Source: Patescibacteria group bacterium (GTDB taxonomy: Bacteria; Patescibacteriota; Patescibacteriia; JAHJFT01). Taken from it: 64,000 nucleotides of DNA. This document shows positions 46,320 to 55,384 of the stretch, piece after piece; position 1 is the stretch's first letter; every line of letters starts with the position of its first letter. The notes under the pieces are model-generated. The model worked only from the letters and a program-made list of their open reading frames with translations, was not told where the DNA came from and searched no databases. The stretch spans positions 359,397 through 423,396 of the forward strand of contig JAQTTB010000001.1 in the NCBI GenBank assembly GCA_028710985.1, written 5' to 3'. The position numbers and the translations under genes were made by a program.

Positions 46320-48785
46320 ATGCCTGACAAAGAAAAAAATTTGAATCCAATCGGCAAAGTCGAGAATCTCCCCATCGTCGAGGAGATGGAGACTTCGTAT
46401 TTGGATTACGCCATGAGCGTAATTATTTCCCGCGCCCTGCCGGATGTGCGCGACGGCTTAAAGCCGGTTCATCGTCGCATTCTATACGCCATGTGGAATG
46501 TGGGTTTGAAATCAAGCGGTAAATTCCGCAAATCCGCGACCGTAGTCGGTGAAGTTTTGGGCAAATACCATCCGCACGGCGATGCCGCGGTCTATGATTC
46601 CATGGTGCGTCTGGCGCAAGATTTTGCTTCGCGCTATCCGCTGATTGCCGGTCAGGGCAACTTTGGCTCCATGGACGGCGACTCGGCGGCCGCCATGCGC
46701 TACACCGAGGCCAAGCTCTCGGCCATCTCCGAAGAAATGCTCACTGATATTGAAAAAGAAACCGTTGATTTCATGCCGAATTATGACGGTACGCAGAAAG
46801 AACCCAAAGTTCTTCCGGCCCGGCTCCCGAACCTGCTCTTGAACGGCACGCTCGGCATCGCGGTCGGCATGGCGACCAATATTCCGCCCCACAATCTTAC
46901 CGAGCTCTGCGACGGTATTGCTCTTCTTATTGATAATCCCGATGTCTCGGTCGACGAACTCTGCGAGCACGTGAAGGGTCCGGATTTTCCGACCGGCGGA
47001 CTTATCTATGATGTCAAAGAAATAAAGCAGGCTTATGCCACCGGCAAGGGTCATATCGTGATGCGCGCCCAGACCGAAATCATTGAGGAAAAGAGCGGCT
47101 ATTTCCGCATCATCGTCCACGAAGTTCCGTTTCAGGTGAACAAGGCCACGCTTCTTGAGAAAATCGCCGAATTGGTTCAGGAAAAGAAAATTGATGGCAT
47201 CAAGGATATCCGCGACGAATCTTCCAAAGAAGGCGTTCGGATCGTGATTGAACTCAAACGAGAAGCTTTCCCCAAAAAAGTTTTAAATCGCCTTTTTAAA
47301 CTCACTCAACTGCAGGAAACATTCCATGTGAACATGCTTGCCCTGGTTGACGGCATCCAGCCTCGCGTTCTCACTCTGAAGATGATTCTTGAAGAGTACA
47401 TCAAACACCGTGAGCAGGTGGTGCGCCGCCGCGCCGAATTTGATCTGGCGCGCGCCCGCGAACGCGCTCATATTTTGGAGGGCCTAAAAATTGCCCTTGC
47501 GAAAATTGACCAGGTTATTGCCACCATCAAAAAATCAAAAGACCGCGAAGAGGCCAAGGTCAATCTCATAAAAAAATTCCGCCTCACCGAAGTCCAGGCG
47601 CTCGCGATTCTGGAAATGAAGCTCCAGCAGCTTGCCGGTTTGGAACGCCTCAAGGTTGAGCAGGAGCTCAAAGAAAAGCAAAAGATTATCAAAGAGCTGG
47701 AAGAACTTTTGAAATCAAAAAAGAAAGTTATGGCGCTCATTAAGAGCGAGCTTTTGGCAATAAAAGAAAAATACGGCGATGAACGCCGCACGAAGATCGT
47801 GCCCCACGGCGTTGAAGAATTCAAAGTGGAGGATCTGATTCCCAAAGAGCCGACGCTGGTCATGATTACGCGCGACGGCTATATCAAGCGCCTGCCCCCG
47901 GAGACCTTCCGCACCCAGGGGCGCGGCGGCAAGGGCATCATCGGCCTCACCACCAAAGAGGAAGACGAGGTTGAGCTTTTCTTTACCACCACTACTCATT
48001 CGGATTTGCTTTTCTTTACCACCAAAGGCCGCGTGTTCCAGCTTAAGGCCTACGATGTCCCGGCGGCGACGCGCACGGCCAAGGGCCAGGCATTGGTGAA
48101 TTTCCTTCAGCTCGCGCCCGGAGAGCTTGTCTCGGTCTGCCTGCCGCTTGATAATCTCGGCGACGCGAAATTCCTGGTCATGGTGACAAGCAAGGGCCTC
48201 GTCAAAAAAACCGATATCAAAGAATTTGAAAAGGTCCGCCGTTCCGGTCTCATTGCTTTAAAAATCAAGCCCGACGACAATCTCAAGTGGGTCAAGCCTT
48301 CAACCGGTAAAGATAACATCGTTATCATTACCGCGAACGGCCAATCCATTCAGTTCCCGGAGAAGCACGTGCGCGCCATGGGCCGCAATGCCGCCGGCGT
48401 GCGCGGCATCCGCCTCAAAAAAGCGGACGAGGTTCGCGGCATGGATATTGTTAATGCCGAACTTGTGCGCAAGGGCAAGCTTGAAATCGCGACCATCATG
48501 GAGCAGGGTTACGGCAAGCGCAGCAATCTTAAGGAATACCGCGTTCAGAGTCGCGGCGGTTCGGGCGTCAAAACCGCGAAAATTACTCCCAAAAACGGCA
48601 AAATCGTGAGCGGCTTTATTTCAGAAAGCGATGAAGAAAAAGACTTGATTGTTATTTCCGCCAAGGGCCAGGTCATCCGCCTGCCGTTCGCGAGCGTGCC
48701 GGCAATCGGCCGCGCCACCCAAGGGGTGCACATCATGCGCTTTAAAGAAGCCAAAGACCGGGTCGCGAATGTGAGCCTGATCTAA
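46320..48785 (+). CDS. gyrA: DNA gyrase subunit A
   Basis: [29 protein letters not shown] and the GyrA-box QGRGGKG. Confidence 0.98.
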   Translation: MPDKEKNLNPIGKVENLPIVEEMETSYLDYAMSVIISRALPDVRDGLKPVHRRILYAMWNVGLKSSGKFRKSATVVGEVLGKYHPHGDAAVYDSMVRLAQDFASRYPLIAGQGNFGSMDGDSAAAMRYTEAKLSAISEEMLTDIEKETVDFMPNYDGTQKEPKVLPARLPNLLLNGTLGIAVGMATNIPPHNLTELCDGIALLIDNPDVSVDELCEHVKGPDFPTGGLIYDVKEIKQAYATGKGHIVMRAQTEIIEEKSGYFRIIVHEVPFQVNKATLLEKIAELVQEKKIDGIKDIRDESSKEGVRIVIELKREAFPKKVLNRLFKLTQLQETFHVNMLALVDGIQPRVLTLKMILEEYIKHREQVVRRRAEFDLARARERAHILEGLKIALAKIDQVIATIKKSKDREEAKVNLIKKFRLTEVQALAILEMKLQQLAGLERLKVEQELKEKQKIIKELEELLKSKKKVMALIKSELLAIKEKYGDERRTKIVPHGVEEFKVEDLIPKEPTLVMITRDGYIKRLPPETFRTQGRGGKGIIGLTTKEEDEVELFFTTTTHSDLLFFTTKGRVFQLKAYDVPAATRTAKGQALVNFLQLAPGELVSVCLPLDNLGDAKFLVMVTSKGLVKKTDIKEFEKVRRSGLIALKIKPDDNLKWVKPSTGKDNIVIITANGQSIQFPEKHVRAMGRNAAGVRGIRLKKADEVRGMDIVNAELVRKGKLEIATIMEQGYGKRSNLKEYRVQSRGGSGVKTAKITPKNGKIVSGFISESDEEKDLIVISAKGQVIRLPFASVPAIGRATQGVHIMRFKEAKDRVANVSLI

Positions 48786-48902
48786 AAAATATGATATTTC
48801 AAAGAGGCGGACCGCATCCGCCTCTTTTTCTTGCCTAATTTACGCTCTTTTGTTATAATTTCCACAAGTTTGATATAATTATAAATAAGAAAAGAATTTC
48901 AT

Positions 48903-49169
48903 ATGGTGCAAATGAAACGGAGGACAAGGTCCCAGAAAAGAAGGAGAGCGTCGCACTTCGCCCTGAAGCGCACGAGTTTTACCAAATGCAGCCACTGCGG
49001 CAAGGCAGTGCTTCCGCATCGCGCCTGTCAGTATTGCGGATATTACCGTGGACGCGTGGTTTTGGAAGTTGAAGCCAAGCTCCTCAAGAAAATGGAAAAA
49101 GAAAAAGCCAAGCGCGAGAAAGAAGAAAAGAAGGAAGAGAAAAAAGAGGAGAAAAAAGAAAAAAAATAA
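48903..49169 (+). CDS. rpmF: 50S ribosomal protein L32 with an EEKK tail
   Basis: RRASH, CSHCG...PHRACQYCGYYRG. Confidence 0.93.
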   Translation: MVQMKRRTRSQKRRRASHFALKRTSFTKCSHCGKAVLPHRACQYCGYYRGRVVLEVEAKLLKKMEKEKAKREKEEKKEEKKEEKKEKK

Positions 49170-49190
49170 TATTTTAATAAATAGCTCTTT

Positions 49191-49679
49191 ATGTCAAATC
49201 GTCATCTCGCCCGTGCCATCGCCATGCAGTCACTTTATCAGTGGGATTTTCTGAAAGCCGCTGGCCAGGAAAAAAATATTCAGGAAATAACCGGTCATAA
49301 TCGTGAGGAATTCGCGCCGAATTTTGATGATAAGGGATTTATTGATGAACTCATTGAAGGCGTGGTTAAGCATGTGGACGAAATAAACACGCTTATTACC
49401 AAATACGCGCCCGAGTGGCCGCTCGAACAGATTACCACTGTCGATCGGAATATCTTGCGGCTCGGGGTGTTTGAGCTGAAGTTTTCTCCGAATATTCCGT
49501 CAAAAGTAGCGATCAATGAAGCAATCGAACTCGCCAAATCATTTGGCGGCGAATCGTCGGGCAAATTTGTAAACGGCGTACTCGGCGCGATTTACCGCGA
49601 CATGGTGGCCCGGGGCGAACTGAAAGAAATTGATACCGCAAAACCCGAAGAAAAAAAGTCCGAGGAGGCGGTCCAATAA
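49191..49679 (+). CDS. nusB: Transcription antitermination factor NusB
   Basis: RHLAR..AMQSLYQ, DRNILR, VAINEAIELAK and FVNGVL motifs. Confidence 0.96.
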   Translation: MSNRHLARAIAMQSLYQWDFLKAAGQEKNIQEITGHNREEFAPNFDDKGFIDELIEGVVKHVDEINTLITKYAPEWPLEQITTVDRNILRLGVFELKFSPNIPSKVAINEAIELAKSFGGESSGKFVNGVLGAIYRDMVARGELKEIDTAKPEEKKSEEAVQ

Positions 49680-49698
49680 TTAATTGAATGTCTGTGTT

Positions 49699-50394
49699 AT
49701 GAATGAGAATTTATCGGAATTGCAGGAGCGTCTGGGGATAAAGTTTAAAAACGAAGATTTTTTGCGCCAGGCCATGGTGCATCGTTCATATTTAAATGAG
49801 CATCCGGATTTTCCGCTTGGCCACAACGAGCGTCTTGAGTTTTTAGGAGACGCGGTTCTTGAACTCGTGGTTACAAAACATCTTTACGAATCATATCAAA
49901 ATCCCGAGGGGGAGCTTACCAATTGGCGGGCTGCACTGGTGAACGCGCATATGCTCGCGACTCTGGCGCGTGAACTCAATATCGAAGAGTTTCTTTATCT
50001 TTCGCGCGGTGAGGAAAAAGACAACGAGTCAAAGGCTCGGCAGTATATTTTGGCGAACGCTTTTGAGGCTTTGATCGGCGCGATTTATCTCGATCAAGGC
50101 TGGGACGCTTCGGACGAATTTATCATGAAGAGCCTGATGATTAAGCTTCCGGAAATATTAAAATTAAAATTATATCTTGATCCAAAGAGCCGTTTTCAGG
50201 AAGCGGCGCAGGAGCAATTCGGCACTACGCCGACCTACCGAGTCGTTTCCGAAACCGGTCCGGACCACGACAAGCATTTTCGCATTGCCGTGCTGATTGG
50301 CGAAGATATTGTCGCCGAAGGCGACGGCTCTTCAAAGCAGGAGGCGCAGATTGAAGCCGCGAGAAACGCTCTTGAGGAAAAAGGCTGGTCGTAA
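49699..50394 (+). CDS. rnc: Ribonuclease III
   Basis: HNERLEFLGDAVL, FEALIGAIYLD and a C-terminal dsRNA-binding domain. Confidence 0.97.
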   Translation: MNENLSELQERLGIKFKNEDFLRQAMVHRSYLNEHPDFPLGHNERLEFLGDAVLELVVTKHLYESYQNPEGELTNWRAALVNAHMLATLARELNIEEFLYLSRGEEKDNESKARQYILANAFEALIGAIYLDQGWDASDEFIMKSLMIKLPEILKLKLYLDPKSRFQEAAQEQFGTTPTYRVVSETGPDHDKHFRIAVLIGEDIVAEGDGSSKQEAQIEAARNALEEKGWS

Positions 50395-50418
50395 AAATTA
50401 AAATTCAAAATTAATTAT

Positions 50419-51468
50419 ATGGCTGAAGAAGGAACAGGAATAAAAAAATGGCTTAAATTCGTGATTTCCGAGAGCGCCTCGGATCTGCATCTCGTCGCCA
50501 ATAATCCGCCAGTCATCCGAGTTGACGGAGCTTTGCGGAAAATTGAAGGCGAACCAGTACTTACACCCGCGGATGTGGCTAGCGAAACATATTCAATTCT
50601 TACAAAAGAGCAGAAGGATTATTTTGAAACCAATAAAGATTTGGATTTTGCTTATCAGATTGATTCCGCGCGTTTCAGAATGAATCTACATTATGAACGC
50701 GGCAACGTGGCGCTTGCGGCGCGCGCCATTCCGGAGCAGATTCCGACCATGGAGGATGTGGCGCTTCCGGAGATTGCCTATGAACTCACGCGTCTGCCGC
50801 ACGGCATTATTCTTGTCACTGGTCCGACCGGCTCGGGAAAATCAACTACCCTAGCGGCCATGCTCAATCTCATTAACGAGGAGCGCACCGGCCACGTGAT
50901 TACGCTTGAAGATCCGATTGAATTTTTGTTTGAATCCAAAAACTGCGTCGTCGAGCAGCGCCAGCTTCACTCTGATATGGTGAGTTTTAGCGAAGGTCTG
51001 AAGCACGTTTTGCGCCAGGACCCGAACGTGGTCATGGTCGGCGAAATGCGCGACCTTGAGTCCATCGCCACGGCCCTGACACTCGCCGAGACCGGCCATC
51101 TTGTGCTTGCCACTCTCCATACCTATTCGGCCGCGCAGACCGTTGACCGCCTGATTGATGTTTTTCCACCACACCAGCAGATGCAGATTCGTCTGCAGGT
51201 CGCTCTCACGCTTCGCGGCGTAATTTCCCAGCAGCTCCTGCCGCGCATCGGCGGCGGTCGCGTCGCGGCGCGCGAAATTATGATCATGAATCCGGCCATT
51301 GCCAATCTTGTTCGTGAAAACAAAGTACCGCAGATAAAATCCGTGATTCAAACTAGCGCGGCGCAGGGCATGGTTACTCTGGTCCAGGATCTGAAAAGAT
51401 TGATTCAGGAAAAAGCCATTACTCAGGAGATTGCCGAAACATACGTGCTGGAAGAAAGTTTGAAGTAA
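50419..51468 (+). CDS. pilT: Type IV pilus retraction ATPase PilT
   Basis: ASDLHL, GPTGSGKSTT, EDPIE, LRQDP, GEMRD, AETGHLV and AIANLVRE motifs. Confidence 0.93.
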   Translation: MAEEGTGIKKWLKFVISESASDLHLVANNPPVIRVDGALRKIEGEPVLTPADVASETYSILTKEQKDYFETNKDLDFAYQIDSARFRMNLHYERGNVALAARAIPEQIPTMEDVALPEIAYELTRLPHGIILVTGPTGSGKSTTLAAMLNLINEERTGHVITLEDPIEFLFESKNCVVEQRQLHSDMVSFSEGLKHVLRQDPNVVMVGEMRDLESIATALTLAETGHLVLATLHTYSAAQTVDRLIDVFPPHQQMQIRLQVALTLRGVISQQLLPRIGGGRVAAREIMIMNPAIANLVRENKVPQIKSVIQTSAAQGMVTLVQDLKRLIQEKAITQEIAETYVLEESLK

Positions 51469-51492
51469 GGGCGATTCATGAATCGCCCTTAC
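51465..51492. repeat. GTAG-family REP-like 28-bp perfect palindrome, followed by a second hairpin and T-tract
   Basis: GTAAGGGCGATTCATGAATCGCCCTTAC overlaps the pilT stop; then GTACGGCCGCAA/TTGCGGCCGTAC-T6. Confidence 0.7.
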
Positions 51493-51588
51493 GTACGGCC
51501 GCAATATTTTGCGGCCGTACTTTTTTTATATAAAAAAAGGTCCCGACCTGCCAGTTGGTAGGTGGGACAGGGTTGGGACGAGACAAGG

Positions 51589-52023
51589 TCAGGTTTGGGC
51601 AATTTCTTCCGCAGATTCACGCCGTTCGCGTTTCCGGAGCACGAGAATGAAGACAGCCGCGGGGATCGGAAGAACGAGCAGGCTCCACCAGCGCAGCGCA
51701 TAGAATACGCTGCCGATTACTTCATGGCCGAGTAGTGTGCAGAGCCTGGAAGTGCCGTTCAGTATGACCGGCAGACTGACGAGTATGAGTGCCGCCGCGT
51801 TGAGCGCAATGACTTTCGGCAATCTGCCCGGGATAGAGTGCCGATCATGGATGCTCACCATGATGGAAATGATAATTATTCCCGCGACGATCGGAGCGAC
51901 GAGCGTCAGCGGCGCCGCGACCCAGAGTGGTCCGCCGGCGCAGCATGCGTAGCATACTGCGAGAACCGCGCCGATCAGTAAATAGTAGAATGCCTCCGCG
52001 AGGTCCAGACGGAAGTTACTCAT
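51589..52023 (-). CDS. Hypothetical membrane protein (4 transmembrane helices)
   Basis: AAGGAGGAGG SD; four hydrophobic segments; own terminator. Confidence 0.72.
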   Translation of the reverse strand: MSNFRLDLAEAFYYLLIGAVLAVCYACCAGGPLWVAAPLTLVAPIVAGIIIISIMVSIHDRHSIPGRLPKVIALNAAALILVSLPVILNGTSRLCTLLGHEVIGSVFYALRWWSLLVLPIPAAVFILVLRKRERRESAEEIAQT

Positions 52024-52142
52024 GCGCCTCCTCCTTTGTAAAAAAACGATTTTTCTCTATCTTACTTCTCGCAAAGTATATTGTCAATGCCTTGAATATT
52101 TGATTTATTTATGCTATTATACGTCAAAACATCCAGGCTCGT

Positions 52143-52214
52143 GCCCCTGTAGTGAAATGGACATCACGGCAGTCTTCGGAACTGCAATTTCAGGTTCGAA
52201 TCCTGGCGGGGGCA
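52143..52214 (+). tRNA. tRNA-Arg(TCG)
   Basis: GCCCCTGTAGTGAAATGGACATCACGGCAGTCTTCGGAACTGC...GGTTCGAATCCTGGCGGGGGCA. Confidence 0.92.
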
Positions 52215-52296
52215 AGAGCGCGGGTGTTTTTTAATATTTTGGGTTCTGCGCCCGAGGCGCACTCGCCTTCGGCGAGGATTCCCTCTGGGCGCATTT

Positions 52297-52402
52297 TGTA
52301 ATTGACGTGGTTCGCCCCGACGCTTCGGTCGGGGGCGTCCCGACTTTCGCGAAGCGAAACGTCGGGACGAATCCTGGCGGGGCAAGAGCGCGGATGTTTT
52401 TT
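52297..52402 (+). pseudogene. Duplicated tRNA-Arg 3' half with two palindromes in the T-loop
   Basis: ggttcg [ccccgac..gtcgggg][tcccgac..gtcggga] cgaatcctggcgggggcaagagcgcgg.tgtttttt repeats 52193-52232. Confidence 0.75.
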
Positions 52403-52478
52403 ATTTACATTCCGCTCCGGCTATGCTAATATGTCCGCAAAACGTTCCTTGGAAATAATAAGAAAAAAGGAGGTCGCG

Positions 52479-52727
52479 ATGCCGGAGCATGCAGTCACAG
52501 GCATGCAGTGGGTGCACATGAGTATCGTAATCGTCGTGACTTTAATTGTCTGGGCAATCGTTATTTTTATTTTCCTTCCGCGCTTGGAAAAGCGAGTTGA
52601 ACAGCGCAAGAAGATGAAAGACATTCGCCGTATTCCCGGACCGGAGGAACGGATGACGATCGAGGCACTCAACAGGGTCATTGAGAAGATTGGGTCGCCA
52701 TCCGACGAACCACCGACTGACCCCTGA
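52479..52727 (+). CDS. Small single-pass membrane protein
   Basis: AAGGAGGT SD before ATG 52479; terminator gctggcggct/agccgccagc-T6. Confidence 0.7.
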   Translation: MPEHAVTGMQWVHMSIVIVVTLIVWAIVIFIFLPRLEKRVEQRKKMKDIRRIPGPEERMTIEALNRVIEKIGSPSDEPPTDP

Positions 52728-52835
52728 TCCCTGGCTGGCGGCTCTTAGCCGCCAGCTTTTTTATTGCATTTTTTATATAAAAAAAACGACCACCGTTAAG
52801 TCTCGGTAGTCGTAGGGGTGCACCAAGGGTTGGTG

Positions 52836-53132
52836 CTACATTATCTCCTCTTCCCTGTCGGAGTGCGACGGGGCATCGGGGTGCTCACGGCGCTCCTCTT
52901 CGGCCGCCTTCCAGTGCCCCTCGAACTCGGCGGAGAGTGCGGCTTCATCTTGCGGCACCCCGTTCTTGCCAGAGAACGGGTACATGGAGATGTAGGGATT
53001 CTTGTGGAAACTGACCGGACCGGCTCGCTCTAGAAAGCGGCGTTCGGCGGGGCTCATATCTTCTAGGGGAGAGAGCGGACGGCGCAGTTCTTCTTCGGTC
53101 GGCCGATAGCGTTTCTCTTGGTCGTTCGGCAC
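52836..53132 (-). CDS. Hypothetical protein (MPNDQEK start)
   Basis: AGGAGGAAACC-GTG. Confidence 0.65.
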   Translation of the reverse strand: MPNDQEKRYRPTEEELRRPLSPLEDMSPAERRFLERAGPVSFHKNPYISMYPFSGKNGVPQDEAALSAEFEGHWKAAEEERREHPDAPSHSDREEEIM

Positions 53133-53153
53133 GGTTTCCTCCTCCTTAATTTA

Positions 53154-53357
53154 TCAGCGGCGGTTACGCCTCAGAATCAATTCGGCGTCATGCATGGAAA
53201 TCTTTCCGCGCTTGAAACGCAGGTCGTGATAAACTTCCGGACCCAGTTCTCGGAGCAGGAACTCATTGGCTTCGCGGTGATCATGACCCGCTCGATCCAT
53301 CCCTGCTTCAAGTGGCTGACAGTGCAGCTCGCCCGTTTTCTCTTGGTCGTTCGGCAC
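53154..53357 (-). CDS. Hypothetical protein (MPNDQEK start)
   Basis: AGGAGGAAACC-GTG; same first seven codons as its neighbour. Confidence 0.6.
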   Translation of the reverse strand: MPNDQEKTGELHCQPLEAGMDRAGHDHREANEFLLRELGPEVYHDLRFKRGKISMHDAELILRRNRR

Positions 53358-53412
53358 GGTTTCCTCCTTTGTAAGTTACGAAAACTTAATAGGTAAAGCG
53401 CAAAAAGTCAAG

Positions 53413-55383
53413 CTACTCTCCGGCCACGACCACGCCTTTGCCGCGGGCCGTTTCATCTTCCGGAATGTCCGTGGAAATCGGATCGGTCGTAATTATTAGC
53501 GTGTCGGTTGTTTTTTGATCAAGCGCCTCAAGCTTGCTTTCGGTCGCGAGTTTTATAAATGTGCCGACATCTTCCTCGCGCGGCTTGACGCTTACTTCAA
53601 AGCTTGCCGAAATTTGCTTCATTGAGGTTGGTAGGCGGTTGATTGTCCAGGTCACCATATTTGTCGATTCGTTAAAAGTAATGTCACCGGCTTCCACATT
53701 TTTGCGACCCGTCCAGGTAACATTCTGCGGCAGAGTGGCGGTGGCGCGGATATCTTGGATTTCGTGCAAAGAATTCGTAATCGTCCAAAAGACATGATAG
53801 CCCGTGGTCTCATTGACGCGCGGCGGAATCGGGCCAAACCCCAGAGTCTCTCCATCTGGATTAAAATACCGGCCGCTTGCCGTAAAGTCAAGGTCGGTAT
53901 TTATGGCGATTACGACTGGCGTTGTCTGAATCAGGCGGTTGGTTTCGAGATCGCCGATTTTCGCCACCTTTGATTCCGCCCAGATTTTCACCTCGTATTT
54001 TCCGGAAAGGGAAGAAAGCGGTTCGGCGACGAGCGGAATAGAAAAATCAATTGCTTCCCCGGCGTCTTTTTCGATTTTACCCAGGGCATCATAGTTTTCT
54101 TTTTTCCAAACGATGGTCTGATCTCTTACTTCCCCGGTTTTATCATCCGGCATGTTCAAATCCTTCCAGATTACCAAAGTTTCATTGTTTATTTTTGGAT
54201 CAGATTCAACATGAACCGTAAACTCAACATTTTCCATTGTTTCGCCACTCTTATTGTCGTACGAGAGTGAGAGTCGCAGATTTTCGCCAAAATTAAGATT
54301 CTGGCTGGCTTCGGTGCCATTTATAAAAAGATGGGTGACCAGATCGCCGGCCAGCACCTCGGTCTGAACCCTTGCTTCTTTTTGCAGGCGGAATTCATTA
54401 TTGTTGATAAATCCGAATTTAAAAACCATATCTTGGAGTCCCTGGCCCTGGGCGGTGAAATTGCCCTTTATTTTAATAATTCCTTCGGTACCGCTCGCGA
54501 GTTCCGTGATTCGCCAGCGGTCACCGCCATCCGATGTCGCGGCGGGTTCACTGCTTGCAAAAATAAAATTTTCTGGGAATACGGCCGCAATCTCGGTCTC
54601 GCCATAGGCAAATTCACTCGTATTTTTGTATTTAACGGTATATTCAACCTCGTCGCCGGGCACTGCCTTGGCCGGCCCCTCGGCCGCCATATCAACGCGG
54701 CTGTCGCTCAAGAGAACGGAAAGAGTTTTTATATCCTGGAAATCCGAACTGAAGTTCGCCGGCCGGTAGGTGATGATAGCTTGGATATTGAGCGAAGTCT
54801 TAACTTCATCGCGAAAATATCCTTCAAATTTTATTGTCCCTTTGCCGCCGACGTCCATACTGCCGAGCTGCCAGACATTTCCCTCGTCCGTGGGCGCCGG
54901 TTCGGTTGAAATAACCATGAAACCGGACGGTAGATTTGTCTGAACCTCCACCGCGGCGAGCGGAACCGTATTCCGGTTTTCATATTCAATTTGGTAAATC
55001 ACGCGTTCGCCGTTTATTACCTGACTCGGGCCGGCAATTTCAAGCCCGACGCCGCCCCTGTCTGGTCGTTCCCACGGTTTCCAAAAAACCCAGCCTGCAT
55101 AAATTGCCGCCGCCACGGCTCCCAAGAATAGCAAAACAAAAAGACCGGCAAGCCATAATCGCCTTGGCCGGCGTTCAAGCCGGCTCATGTCCGGCATATC
55201 ACCTTCGGCTTCGTAGATTTCCTTGAGCTCTGCGGTGATTTTGTCGGTTTTTACCGCCGAGCGCTTTATGGATTTTTTTATAATACGCTCTTCTTTCGGC
55301 TCGGGAATTTTTACAATTTCAATTTCTTTCGGCTCCTCAACCGGTCCGGCGATCTTCTTTTCTTTTTTATTTTTATTCTTCAT
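53413..55383 (-). CDS. Membrane-anchored protein with DUF11/Ig-like beta domains
   Basis: One transmembrane helix followed by repeated GxxxxYxIxYxN...LPxxF...W-type domains. Confidence 0.8.
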   Translation of the reverse strand: MKNKNKKEKKIAGPVEEPKEIEIVKIPEPKEERIIKKSIKRSAVKTDKITAELKEIYEAEGDMPDMSRLERRPRRLWLAGLFVLLFLGAVAAAIYAGWVFWKPWERPDRGGVGLEIAGPSQVINGERVIYQIEYENRNTVPLAAVEVQTNLPSGFMVISTEPAPTDEGNVWQLGSMDVGGKGTIKFEGYFRDEVKTSLNIQAIITYRPANFSSDFQDIKTLSVLLSDSRVDMAAEGPAKAVPGDEVEYTVKYKNTSEFAYGETEIAAVFPENFIFASSEPAATSDGGDRWRITELASGTEGIIKIKGNFTAQGQGLQDMVFKFGFINNNEFRLQKEARVQTEVLAGDLVTHLFINGTEASQNLNFGENLRLSLSYDNKSGETMENVEFTVHVESDPKINNETLVIWKDLNMPDDKTGEVRDQTIVWKKENYDALGKIEKDAGEAIDFSIPLVAEPLSSLSGKYEVKIWAESKVAKIGDLETNRLIQTTPVVIAINTDLDFTASGRYFNPDGETLGFGPIPPRVNETTGYHVFWTITNSLHEIQDIRATATLPQNVTWTGRKNVEAGDITFNESTNMVTWTINRLPTSMKQISASFEVSVKPREEDVGTFIKLATESKLEALDQKTTDTLIITTDPISTDIPEDETARGKGVVVAGE

Positions 55384-55384
55384 C

